Shown here piece by piece: positions 1-11,800 of a DNA stretch of 64,000 bases. Source of the DNA: Raillietiella orientalis. Lineage: Eukaryota. The position numbers and the translations under genes are program-made. Location: NCBI GenBank assembly GCA_036172245.1, contig JAYWIR010000006.1, positions 558,001-622,000 on the forward strand, in the 5' to 3' direction. The notes beneath the pieces were generated by a model. It had not been told where the DNA came from. It was given only the letters and a program-made list of their open reading frames with translations, and searched no databases. Within the stretch, counting starts at the first letter, position 1. The number at the start of each line of letters is the position of its first letter.

Positions 1-375
1 AACCGACTTTATTTTTCTCACCACCGCCTACCCCATGTGTCATGTTTACGGTGGGTCGTGACCCAGCATAAGGTCACTTCTTCCTTCTAAAAAGAGTAAC
101 ATCCTGATCAAAAGATCTTGTAAAAAAAATCCTAAATAATATAATCACCACTATATTCCGAGAACGAATTTGTAAAACGCTTGATGTAATGTCACACCGG
201 ATAGTTACATGCTATACACCTGCAAGTAGACTGCAAATTAGGAAGACATAAACTAGAATGATGTTCTTGTGTTCAATTCTCATCAAAGGGAGGCGCCTCG
301 GTTTATTCACGAAGACAAATTCACAAGTTTACGAGCTCGAGGCTGATTTCATACACCCGTAAACAGTTTACTACT

Positions 376-2400
376 CAATAAAAAGTGCTCTGGGAGATGG
401 CTAAAACGGCATTACGTTGTTTTGTTTCAGGGGACAACCGGAAGCTGCGTGAATCCCAAGCAAATCTCTCGTTGCAGCTTCCGCTTCGGACTCTTTGAGC
501 AATTTCTGACATCGCGATAAACTCTGGACAAATCTCGATTTTCGTCGGACGAGAGGATTTTTTCGTTTTGCTTTGCTTAAAATACGTATGGAAAGCATGA
601 GGGTGGAGACCGAACGGTTTCCATATCCGCTGCCTTACACCTCTTTTCTCTTTCGTTTTTCTTTAATTCTTCCATTTCATCCGTTCCTCTACAAATACTC
701 CAAAAACCAAGGTGTGTGATTTCCATACTTTTGTCTGGCTGGTGTTACTAGTAAAAACGAAGATTGCAATCAAACCGAACCTATTCCAATCAAGTACAGG
801 TGTCGGTGAAAATATTCCGCTATTCATGTACACTTTTGCATCGTTGTGTAATAACATCCATTTCCGTACTTTCTCTGTTGATGGAAACTCGTACGAGATG
901 CCGCTGCCTGCAGATGATCTTTGAATTCGTGGAAGCCCTCGGTCTACAAGCCGAGCCCCATTTCTTCTGAAACAAATTCGTCCTATTTCGGAATCATTTG
1001 CATGCTCAACCTATATTCTGTCAAAACGTCATCGTCCATGCTCTTCGTGATTCAAATTTCACAATCACTCCACCATGTCTTCAGAATCCCACAGTTTTCT
1101 CACTTATCCTTCTAATAGCATTTGCAAAAACTATTTGGCATTCCAAACTTTTCATACCAGACGGATTGCGAATTTGAAATAATTCTCAATTAGATGAACG
1201 ATGAGAAATTCTTCGCCGTATGACACTGAAAGAATTTCGATAAAGTTCTCATTGCTTTCTTCTGATGAACAACCGACTGCTCCAGCAGAGAATCGTCCAG
1301 CAGACTTCGGTCAGCTGCTTCTATAATCACAATAATGAAAGCCCTTCTATCATCTATCCATTTTGTCTCGTATTCAATGAGAGACCTTTCTTTTATCCGG
1401 TTGAACCCGACCCCTTTCGAGGGTGCACTATGGTTACTACTCAGCGTTATCAGTGCAAAATAGGGTCAGCGAATAATTTGTTGTCAGGAAACGTTCCTCG
1501 CTAGGCTTCTATAACTTGGTATAAAAAGACTGACAAATAACAAATAATCCGTTGTTGTGTTCTAATGAGAATCCTTAGAAATAGAAGAAAAAGAATAAAG
1601 TCCAATCGGAAAAAAAAAAGAAGCATGCAATGTATTACGTGCTTTACATTGCAGAGTAGGTGTTAAAAGAAAGATACGTGAGATACATACTGAGAGATTC
1701 CCAATATGTATCGTACACACATCTTGAGAGATATATGCAAAATCATCAAAAAATGAATCTTCAGATTACTGCAGTTTTAGTTTGCTATTTTCGTTTCTCA
1801 GTAAGCACATTCCTTTGGCCATAACTATTAGTAATGAAACTGCAGTCACCTCGACTCACTGCAATACCAAATACACGGAAAACTATCACATTATAAGATG
1901 GATTTTTAAATGGGGACAAGAACACGCGGTGACACTTTAATACCTGCAAAGTATTACTTAGTCCGTGTAATGGTCGTAACGATGTAAACAAACCGAAACA
2001 CTATCGTGTAAACGAGAACTCCCGTTTCCTTCCTTGAACTCCAAACAGTTGAATTTGTCAATCTATTTTCAATTCGTTTCCTGAATCACTCACCTCTCTA
2101 CTCTTGTCCTCCCTACTATTATAAACCACTGATACTGCAAAATTGCGTTAAACGTTATACTAGTAACATGACTATCACACAACACTCGCAAATTTGACCA
2201 AATTATCAGAATACCAACAAAAATGAACGCATGTGCTAATGGAGAAGTGGATGTTCCAAGAACAGAAAAACTTGGGGAATATTTTTTCCTATAAATTATA
2301 TACTTTTGCAAAATCCACTATTAATGTTCGAAAAACGGTTGGTCTCACCTCTTTGGTGGCTACACATTAGGTATACACTCTGTCTGTGAATTTCTGACAT
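376..2400 (-). CDS. Candidate spliced gene(s) of unknown function with very short introns
   Basis: Phase-compatible GT-AG pieces: 2400-2349 (MSEIHRQSVYLMCSHQR|gtgag) joins 2134-2094 (VSVVYNSREDKSRE|gtgagt). 1039-1011 (MDDDVLTEY) joins 966-781 (RRNGARLVDRGLPRIQRSS...PVLDWN) across a 44-nt intron. No recognisable domain; it may be one gene, two genes or partly UTR. Confidence 0.3.
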
Positions 2401-2611
2401 GCATGCAACAAGGAATCATAAAATGCTATGTGTATCAAAAAAAATCTGAAAGTTTATAGTAATTTCAAGATCTTTTCAATTTTGATTCAATTTAAGTTTT
2501 CTGTTTTATAATCAATGTGTGCAGTCACTGGTGTAGCTCTGAAATTGCACTCAATGTGGATACTCCATTGAAAGGCAACAATTATAATGCACTCATGATG
2601 TTAAAAGACCC

Positions 2612-2619
2612 TATCGATA
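2612..2619. promoter_or_regulatory. TATCGATA palindrome (DRE-like element)
   Basis: Exact DRE consensus about 210 nt upstream of the candidate ATG at 2400, in an otherwise CpG-depleted stretch. A single 8-mer can occur by chance. Confidence 0.2.
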
Positions 2620-3711
2620 AAGAAATATGTTTCACTTGACACAGAAGTCTAATTAAACCACCAGTCATAATACTTTTGCTTACTGTAGCTGGTTAATGAA
2701 TTATGAAGTCTTTCAATAATTTTGGGTTGACATCGACTTACTAAGTCACCAAGTCTGGCACCAAGTCACCTACAAGTTACCTCTGTATTTGTTACATAAC
2801 AAATGGAAAACCTTTCATAACCAATTTCAATCTAGCAACACTTTGTAGACATTATTTATTATTACTCTATGGTTTGCTGATGGAATAATGTAACTTGGTT
2901 TTCATTTTGCCTCATTACAAAAAATACAGCAGTTCTAACTAGTGGTCATGAATTGGTGATTGCTAACGAAAAGATGATTTTGCAGTCTTCCAAAAGAATG
3001 ATAAAATGCATAATAAATCCAGACTACCTAAATATTATGGTATTGGATATTACCAACAAGCTGGACACTAAAAGGTAAAAGTTCACATTGGTCACAAAAC
3101 ATTGGTGATTCCAAACTAGTTTTTACAATATTATCATATACTGTCAAAACGTATCTACTTTCAAATACATAATCATCAATCATAACAACAACTTAACTGC
3201 AATGCAATAATTGAAAAAGTATTCCAAAAAAGTGTTGACAAATAAGTGCACATGTATGAAATGCTTTGAGTATTATTTAATTTATGTTTAGAAGGAAAAA
3301 TATGTGACATACAATAGCATTGTAAGACATTCAAATAAACAAAACTTATCAAAATGCTTTGTTAATTGGTAAAAAAAAAACATCATAGGTAATAAGTACC
3401 ATATCATGGGTTACAGATTCAAAAAAGGCCTTTTGATATCAAATAATAATGAACAAAAGTTCTTAGATAACCTGTAATGGAATTTCTTACAACATGCAAA
3501 ATTTTGTTTACATGCACTGTAAGATTTGGGTCTACAAGAAACTAAGCAGCTACCTGAAAATTCACAAAACTAAGATGATCAACATCATAAATCACCACGA
3601 TATTTTACAAATCATTTACAACAAAAATCCATCCAAAAAATAAAGTCTTTATTTTAAGAATAACTTCATAGCAAGAGCAGTAGAATATAACTGATGACTG
3701 AATGCTGAACC

Positions 3712-3751
3712 ACACTGAAAGTAATTTATTTATAAATATCGCTTTCAGTGT
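3712..3751 (-). terminator. Stem-loop containing AATAAA in the probable HAT1 3' UTR
   Basis: ACACTGAAAG (3712-3721) pairs perfectly with CTTTCAGTGT (3742-3751). Minus-strand AATAAA (3730-3725) lies inside, about 530 nt past the HAT1 stop. Confidence 0.3.
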
Positions 3752-4261
3752 TGATAACTATTTTCTACCTTCAGCTTTGCTTTATTTAAAAAGAATTCAC
3801 AAACTGAATTTCTGTAACTTGCTTTAAGTGTGACTTAAATAACTGAACAAAAGTTGGAATGAATACTTGCAGTACAACACAATATCAAAACTTAATTAGT
3901 TTCACTGTAAATATTAAAAAGAAAATTGCTATTCACTCTTGATTATATAAGGAAAATCCAACTCACTGAGAAATCCTTTATGCACTAAAAGTATGTATCA
4001 TTTTTCAATCAAAACTAATTGTTTTCATCTTCTGCTGTGCTCCTACATTATCTTTAGATTTGTTTCGAATTGTTTGTTATTTTTCAAACACACACACAAA
4101 AATCAGAATCCTCAAGTAACCTTGTTGTTAAGCAGAAGCTTTAAAGTATACTCTGATCACAAGAACTCATCACCATCATACACCATTGAGATCACTTGTT
4201 GTTCCGCATATGGAATACTGATAAAAATGACTGCTATGGCAGCAGATAGGAGAGATCATTT

Positions 4262-7200
4262 TTATGAGCTTCGGAGCAGTTTTTTTACTACAGCCTGATA
4301 TTGAGTTTTTAAAAGTTCATATTCACTCTGCACCATTTGTAAACAAACATGTGGTTCAGGACACTGGAAATATTTTGCACGCTTTTCAGGAGGGAGATTT
4401 TGCATCAACTTGGGTAAATTAGTTTGTTGTGTCTACAAGAATACTAAACATTCACCATCAATTGTTTTTGAACTCACCATAAAAGGCACAGAAATACGTT
4501 TCTTGACTTCTTCTTCATATTTTTTCCACTCTTCCTGATTTGAGGGATCTAAGTATAACATTCGAAGGATTTCATATACACGCTTTGCATGTTTCTGAAA
4601 AATATAGCTGTTACATTCTTCCATTGTATTTTAAAATCACCAATACCTTGCTTATAGCCAATTTATTCTTTGCTTCCTGAGCCATTCCATCATTCCAGCC
4701 CTGTTTTAAGCGTTCTGGTTGAAAAGTAGATAGCTTCATACATAACTTAGCTTCCACAAAATCACTCATTCTAACAAAAGCACTTGATGGCTCTTCCACT
4801 GCAGTGGAATGTTGTCAAATTTCAAAGTGGTTTGCACCTACCTGTAACTTCTTGAATCATAGTTTGTGGAGCATAATACAAGTATACTGTCTGCAAAAGA
4901 AAACTACCTATTCCTTGGTGTTGGAACGGTGGTAAAATCAAAAACTGACTTATACGGGGACGGATAAATTGAGGCCAGGCAAAATAGTGATAAACTGATG
5001 TATACCCCACTACTGCATAGTTATTCTGTCCAGAAGAATCAGAATACTTCTCGTATCTGCAAGCAAATAATCAAACCATTTTACTCCATGAATAAGTAGC
5101 CTACATTATAAAAAAATGCCATTTCTCATCATCCAGGTTGACAGGACAAGCTCCATCCACATACATTAATAGAAACATTTGCAAACGTGGCAAAAAAGGG
5201 CAAAAATCAGGAACAAAGATATTACAAAAATAGATTTCATAAATATGTCCTTGAAAACAACAATATTCATGCACTTAATTTTAAATTCTACCTAATATAC
5301 ATTTGCTAGCAACCAATTCCCCTAGAGGTTGAGTTTTCTCTGTGCGCACATGCAGAAGAAAGGTTTCGAGATCAGTCAGATATCCAGGAGGAAGTCTCTG
5401 GTAAATTGAACGTACGGAATAGTCCGGCTAGACAAACAAAAAAATGAAATAAAATAAAAAAAAGAACATAAGCAATCAAGCAGTTTAAGAAAAATAAAAA
5501 AAAACACATTTTTTAATAAGTATTTTATTTCTTCAAACTTAGTGGATATCCAAATTACAAACAAATTAACATAAAAATAAACAAACAACATTGTTATGCA
5601 AACATTCTTTTATTATAACAGCTACCAGGACAACTTTCATTGGTCTTGCAAAAGATTCAAATTAATTTTTCTAAAAAGCAGAAAGATAAATGGAAGCACA
5701 TAATAATTACGCTTTGTTTATTGCAGACCTATATGATATAATACCAAATCTTTTTGATGTTTCCAGCTTATAAAAATATAAAAATAACACAAAAGTTTAG
5801 AAAATATTATTTAAGCCAGTAAAGAAATGTCATAGAACTGCATTTCTTTATTGGCTTAAAGCATTTCTCAATCTATACACTTCCTACCTTATCAAGGCAA
5901 AAAAAATTTTTTTTAAAGCTAATACCAGTACAAGACATTCTTAAGCTATAAATTCAATAATTTTAAAGGGCTAGTTGAAAGGATTGTCTTCCATTACACT
6001 TCATATTGTATTGCCTGCTAATTTTCAAAATAGTTAATAGTAATAATTTTTGTAACAAGAGTAAAGTAAATGAAAGAACAAAATTATGCACACCTGATGT
6101 CAAACTACATGTATTATTATTACAAATTATAAATACACATGTGCTGAGGCACAAAAATGCATTCATTCACATCAAAGTATTTGAAATGCAAATGACAATG
6201 GTTTTTGTTAATCAGGAAACTACAAATGTAGAATATTGAATATACCAATTATAAACAGCAAATAAACCAATAAAATGCTGAACATTGAAACAAGATTGAT
6301 ATTACAGAAAATAAAAGCAAGCTGAAAACTGATAAGCTACAATAAGATTGCAAAGTTTCTAACCATCAATATTATAAAGAAAAGGTATATTGGGAACACT
6401 TATTTGTATTCAACAGCTCTACATGGAGTTAAGTCAAAGATTTCAATCTGATCCCACTGAAGCACTTAAATCAAAATTGAGGTTTCAGGCTCACCAATAA
6501 ATCATTAAAGTCATTCCCCATAGACACTGAACAAAAGCAATGATTGTCAGGAAGCTGAAAGTAATTTGGGCAACCTACCAATGGTATAAAACACAAACTT
6601 CTCAGATGAAAATACATATATGCATGGAATAGCACGAAACTGTAAAAGTCAACTGTAAAAGGCAGTGTAAACTGTGATGGCCACAGTTTAGATAATTCAT
6701 GAAATAAAAGGATCTGATGTCACAGGCAGGAAGTACACAGCCACATGAACAACAGCCATAAGATGCAGTAAAAACACGAGCTTTAATTTCAAATTATAGG
6801 CTAGAGTATTTGGAAACACTTAAAATCCAAAAATTATCGGATGAATCTTCTTTCTTGGCAATAAATACATAAATTTGGACCTTGAATATTCTAAAGTTAA
6901 CTCCAATCCTTACACACAAAACACTAGATATAAAGTAATGTTCCATTAGCCGAAAAACAATGTTTATCTTCTGTAATTAATATTTTCCTATTCTGTCATT
7001 CTGTCATGTCGAAGGTGGTACAAAAACTTTACATATTTCACTAGGTTCCCTGCCAAAAATTTACTTGGCCAAATCCCCCACCTTTTGTGCAACAGCACAT
7101 TTTTCACTACAAAAATCTGATTACGAAATGATAATTACGAAAATTTGTCATGAAAAAAGTTTAAGGGAAAGAACTTAAAAGATGCAGGTATTAAAAACTA

Positions 7201-7691
7201 AATTACCTGAATAAAATGATTTTGATCCACGCTTTGAGAAAAGGAGACTTCAACGTAAGTCGTCAGATTCCCGGCCGTACAATATATTTTGATTTTCAAA
7301 TTTTTGTATCCAAAAATGACGGGCCTAAACAATTGGAGATCAAAATGCTAAATAGCGTGTTATTATTCAATAGCTTTGTCTTTGACCAAAAGCATTGCAT
7401 CCTTGTAAAAAGAAACGCTTTGAAATTCCTTAATAAGATGAAAAGCTTCAATCTATACTTTATAGTGATTATATTCCGAATTAAGTTTTACATGCCCTTC
7501 ATGCAACGATACATCTTAAATCCTTACTTTTCATCAAGTATCTGATGTGTTAAAAGAGGCCGAAAGTATTTATCTTCGTTTGAAATGTCATCCTCGTTTC
7601 TGACGAGTCTCAGCTCGATAGAATCAACAGCATTGCTGAAATAGTCATTTAATTCTGAACTCTGCAAGTCCCGCAGGGTAGTTGCATTCAT
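4262..7691 (-). CDS. HAT1: Histone acetyltransferase type B catalytic subunit (HAT1), 8 exons, 405 aa
   Basis: Exons 7691-7528, 7324-7207, 5427-5292, 5249-5105, 5056-4842, 4798-4647, 4594-4478 and 4432-4262 splice in frame via GT-AG (1218 nt, ATG to TAA). The translation has HAT1 motifs IELRLVR, FRPLLTHQI, IFGYKNLKIKIYCTAGNL, RLQMFLLMYVDGA..DDEKW, RPRISQFLILPPFQHQGIG, TVEEPS and RVYEILR. Confidence 0.95.
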
Positions 7692-9019
7692 TTTCGGATA
7701 ACCGTACTAATCACCGACATTCGCGCGCTGGAAGTTTTGAAGTCCACGCTATCAGAGTGCCAAGTCAAATGACACAGACGAAATTTGTACATGTGTTCAT
7801 CCATGCACATTTTTGCAAAAGACGCAAAGAGCACAAATTTTACAAAAGATTCGAGTTGTCGTTCAAACTTGAAAATAGGAGCCATAGATTAGATGTGCTT
7901 GATAAAAAAACTGATAGAAATTTTTGGAAAATGTAAACATTACCTAACGTAACAAAGGACGCAATTCACTGATTACAAGAAAAGGTAGATTTCGAAGCAA
8001 AGATCTCATGCAAACAATTGAATACCAGCTTCTGAAATAAACTCATCTTATAAGTTCATATAAAAATAACAAAGAGAGATTCAGTAAATACAGATGTTAT
8101 GGATAAGTTCATAGCACTCTACTTATTGGCCGATCTAGCGAAAGCAAAAGCCTAAGAGTTAGAATGTATATCACACTAACTCTTAATAGAACTTAAGTGC
8201 GTAAATAACAGTTTAAATAAATAAAATTATTCAATAAATAAAATATTTAAATAAATAAAATAGATTCAAGAGATGAAGGATGAACTGAAGAGTAGATGCA
8301 TGATGACTCCCTTTAGATGTTTCTATCTCAAGTTAGAACATCTATTTGAAGTTTAAATGTAGTGGATATTACCATTTTTCCCTCATAAAAACTTTAACGT
8401 ATTTAGAGTCTCAACATTTTTCTTATCTCGAAAAATTGAGATTATTCCTAGAATGATTTGTCTTTTCATACTTTCAATATGATGATGAAATTAATTAGAT
8501 AATTATGCTGAAAAACGAAACTGATATAGGCTACAAATAATTTTGAATTTTACGTTTAGTTCGTTGAAAACAATTCACGAAACGAAATTTTCCATATTTA
8601 CTTTTAATTATAATATTACAAATGAGATGCCAAACAAAAGAAACAAAGTGAAATGGAACAGTTTAGATAACACTAAGAACAAGATAATTCATGTCCGATA
8701 CATGATAGCAATTAAAAATCGGAATCCTTCATGAATCTATTCTGGTTTTGTAGAGACTTGCAAGGTCTGGTAAGCCAAAACAAACCATACTAATCATAAT
8801 TATTATCAGTCTTTTGATAATGATAATGATAATGAATTGTTGCTATGGTTAAACTCGCATGAATTATATTGATGCATTCCTCCTATTACTGGAGGAATGA
8901 AAGTCAACTAGATGCTCATAAGACCAATTTTCTTTTTTGCTTTTTGAATTGAATCTTTGCTAAAGTTCAGTGTTTCTGTATTCCATTGGTTCTTTTTGTC
9001 TGTAGTTGAAAATTTGCTT

Positions 9020-9960
9020 TTTTGTATGGTGGAGAAAACGATCTGATCCAAGTTGCTGACACATCGAACTACCTTGGATTTTCACTGGAAAGAGCATCTC
9101 TATCTTGTTTTGTAACCGAGGATCTTGTGCTGATCAGATATCCTTCGTAACCAAAGAGAGATAAAAGTTTCCCTTGAAATTATAACCTTCCATTTCTGCT
9201 TTTTCTTCTTTTGGAAGATCCCTTTCCTAATGGCTTTTGCGTAGAGGATAGAAAGAGTATTATTCAGGTCGCTTCGATCTCTTTATATACCATTCGTCAG
9301 TGAAAGCAGTGGAATGGCTTTTTCACATCATTTTTCAAACTGTTTTGGTTTCCTTTTTCTATTTTGTGTATTTTCGATGATATCGATCGCGTTATGTTTC
9401 CAACGTATTCGCTTTGGCTCATATAGCACAAGGATTCAGTATAGCTATTGTCTCGTGCAAAAATTTCTTGTTTGCTCTTCCTATTTTAGATCCTACTATT
9501 TTCCGTAAACGAGTACTTTTTAGAAGATAGGCCTATATGAAGAATGAAGAATGATGATTTCCAGTCCCAGTCTGATGTTCTTCTCTTCTACAATGCTTTC
9601 CTATCCTCCTACTAAAGGTGAAATATTTTTCTGTAGCAAGAAATTCGGCCTATCAAATCCAGTCTCTTTCTACAGCTGAACAGTCATGAGATGTCTCGAT
9701 CCTCAATTCTGCTCTGGAAGAAGAATGTAATACTTATTTAAAGATGCAGGAGATGTTGCAGATGTCGACCTTCAAAGCCACCAAATGTGCATGTCTCATT
9801 GGCCTGCAAATCATCTCAAGATCAGTAGTTTACCTCACTCTTTACCCTATCCCCCTCCTAAAAGTAAATCTTTTAAAGAGGATTAGTCTCAGATCCCAAG
9901 TGCTCTTTCGTATTTTTCGCTTTCGCCGGAAGAGAAGAATGAAGACTATCTGTTAATGAA
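9020..9960 (+). mobile_element. Decayed non-LTR retrotransposon ORF2 3' part (AT-rich relic)
   Basis: Broken frames give QVADTSNYLGFSL (like V..FKYLGV of the RT thumb) and CCRCRPSKPPNVHVSLAC (CxxC..H....C knuckle) near the end. Many stops and frameshifts. Confidence 0.3.
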
Positions 9961-10169
9961 TTGATCATGTAAGCTGATGGATTTTTCTTGGATAGATGCT
10001 TTTTTGTTGTTTTTAAGCAGACAAGGTGCTGATCATCTGCACAACTATAAATTTTTCCGCATGCACGCCAGTGGAGTGGATTTATCGAGTCTTTTCCTTC
10101 CTCCTACGCGATCAGGAATCCCAATTTCTTTTATTTAGGAACCGAACAGACTGCATTGAAAGTCCTGTG

Positions 10170-10230
10170 ATTACGGCCTCCGCGCGCGCGAACCTAGCGA
10201 CTCGGGTTCGAATCCCCCTAAAGGTAATCG
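10170..10230 (+). repeat. tRNA-like fragment / SINE head (Pol III B box)
   Basis: GGTTCGAATCC at 10205-10215. No complete cloverleaf visible. Confidence 0.35.
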
Positions 10231-11059
10231 ACTCTGGGTTGCTGCAAGCGTCGTGTGTTTCGGGTCTTTCTGCAAGATGACTCAGAGATGGGCTTGATGC
10301 TTCCAACTGTGCAACGGTGAGAGCGCTCGATTCCGCGGTCGGACGCCGCGTTGACCAAAAAACAAAAACAAAGAAAAAGCAAAACAAAAACGAAGAGCTG
10401 GAAAGATGTGGAAAGCAACTCAAGCAAACCAGGCGAAACCGCCACCTCCCCTTGTCGCTACTGACCTTTTGGGTAAGGGGGGGGAGGGAACAAAAAAACA
10501 AGGCTGCAGACTTCTGAGCAACCTCTTTCTCAGATTAAGCCGCCTCCGTAAAGTTGATTTCCTAAAGCATAGTTGGTCGTCATCCCAGACTCCGACGTCG
10601 TTGTCTTTCCGCGATGCCTTGTCGCCAGTGACCTTGCCACCGACGTCGTTGAATGAGCTAATTACGGAGAATCTCAATGTCTGTACGGCCGATCAGCTTG
10701 CAGCCTTAGCTTCAGGTCTTCGAGATTTTTGCCCAAGGTTCTGGAAACGGCCTGCAGTCCTTCTCAGCAGTACCGGCATCGCGAATATTTGCTGTGCCTC
10801 TCGGCCTCTTTGCGCACCTATCGCGATGCAGGAGCAAAAAAGCAACATGCCTCCCTTCTTCCTCTCTCAGCAGCAACCGAATTCCCTCTCGGGAGATAAA
10901 AGTGTCAGTCTTCTGAAAACACGCTTTCCTCTCTCGGTTTTGGAATTTTTCCTCCTGCTCAATACTCTTGGGAAGGTTTGACTATCTTGGATTTTGTCAG
11001 CTGTCTTTTCCTTGGGGCTGAGGTCAGAGGCGAGTCTGGAAGGTGACATCACAGTTTTC

Positions 11060-11165
11060 CTTTTCCTCAAGGGAAGGTGACATGGGAACTTTCGACGACC
11101 CGACTGCGTTCTGCTCCTCCAGCTACAGCTTCCGGTTTTTGATCCGAGGAGCAGGGAGAAGACCT
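11060..11165 (-). pseudogene. Degenerate duplicate of the last tau repeat exon
   Basis: 11143->11096 (ATCAAAAACCGGAAGCTGTAGCTGGAGGAGCAGAACGCAGTCGGGTCG) matches 13502->13455 at 38/48 nt. The acceptor ctcctcAG is changed to ctcctcGG and GAG->TAG gives an in-frame stop. Confidence 0.7.
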
Positions 11166-11455
11166 AAGGATGAGTCCCCGGGCTTCCCTAGTGGAAAAGG
11201 GAGAATGTGATGCTTCCTTCTTCGTCGTCTTTCTCTTTCTGCCAGCCTCTTTCCCCCTCGGGAGCTTCGCTTCCTCGGGAACCCGGAAGCCACTGTTTCC
11301 TGGCATCCTCTCAGCTGCGGCATCCTCCCTCCGATTGAAAGCGATGCCATGACATCCGCCCAGGGAGCACTTCCAGTTCCAAAGACTACGCAGCCAAGTT
11401 CCTCCCCCTGCTCTTCTGATCATTCGAAGATCGGAAAGCATCTGCCTAATGGGGA

Positions 11456-11800
11456 GTGGAGGGGGAGAGCAGAATTCCGGGATCCTTTGCTCCTTGGATA
11501 CCGAAGAACATCCAGACCCTGGAAGTCCAGCAGTTCAGAGCGTTTCAACTGCCTCTTTCAAGGAGTCTGCCTCCTGCCTTCTCCTGCAAGACGCTCCGAC
11601 CATCTGAGGCTCGACGCTGTCCTCAGGAGCGGAGGGAGAACCGGGGAAAGCCGAGAGAGACCGGAAGCACGGCAGAAGAGGGTTCTGTCTCGCAGACCAC
11701 TCTCCAGAAAAGAGGTAGCCAAGGGAAACCTCGAGGGAGCCAAAGGCAATGGACAAGGAAGAATTCTGGAAGGGGGCTCCAGAGGGAGACGTGCGGGAGT
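11456..11800 (+). mobile_element. Decayed RTE-like LINE 3' end
   Basis: GSFAPW..QTLEVQQFRAFQ...KRGSQGKPRGSQRQW resembles the RTE C-terminal pattern YGSETW..KL..F..RCLR...GKR.RGRP..RW. Confidence 0.4.

Noticed and set aside
8875..8899. 9-bp perfect hairpin CATTCCTCC/GGAGGAATG
   Set aside because: Short enough to occur by chance in 64 kb, with no supporting context.
10170..10230. Functional tRNA gene (also at 55300-55360 and 59650-59715)
   Set aside because: Only the T-arm/B box is convincing. No full acceptor, D and anticodon stems could be built, so these are treated as SINE heads.
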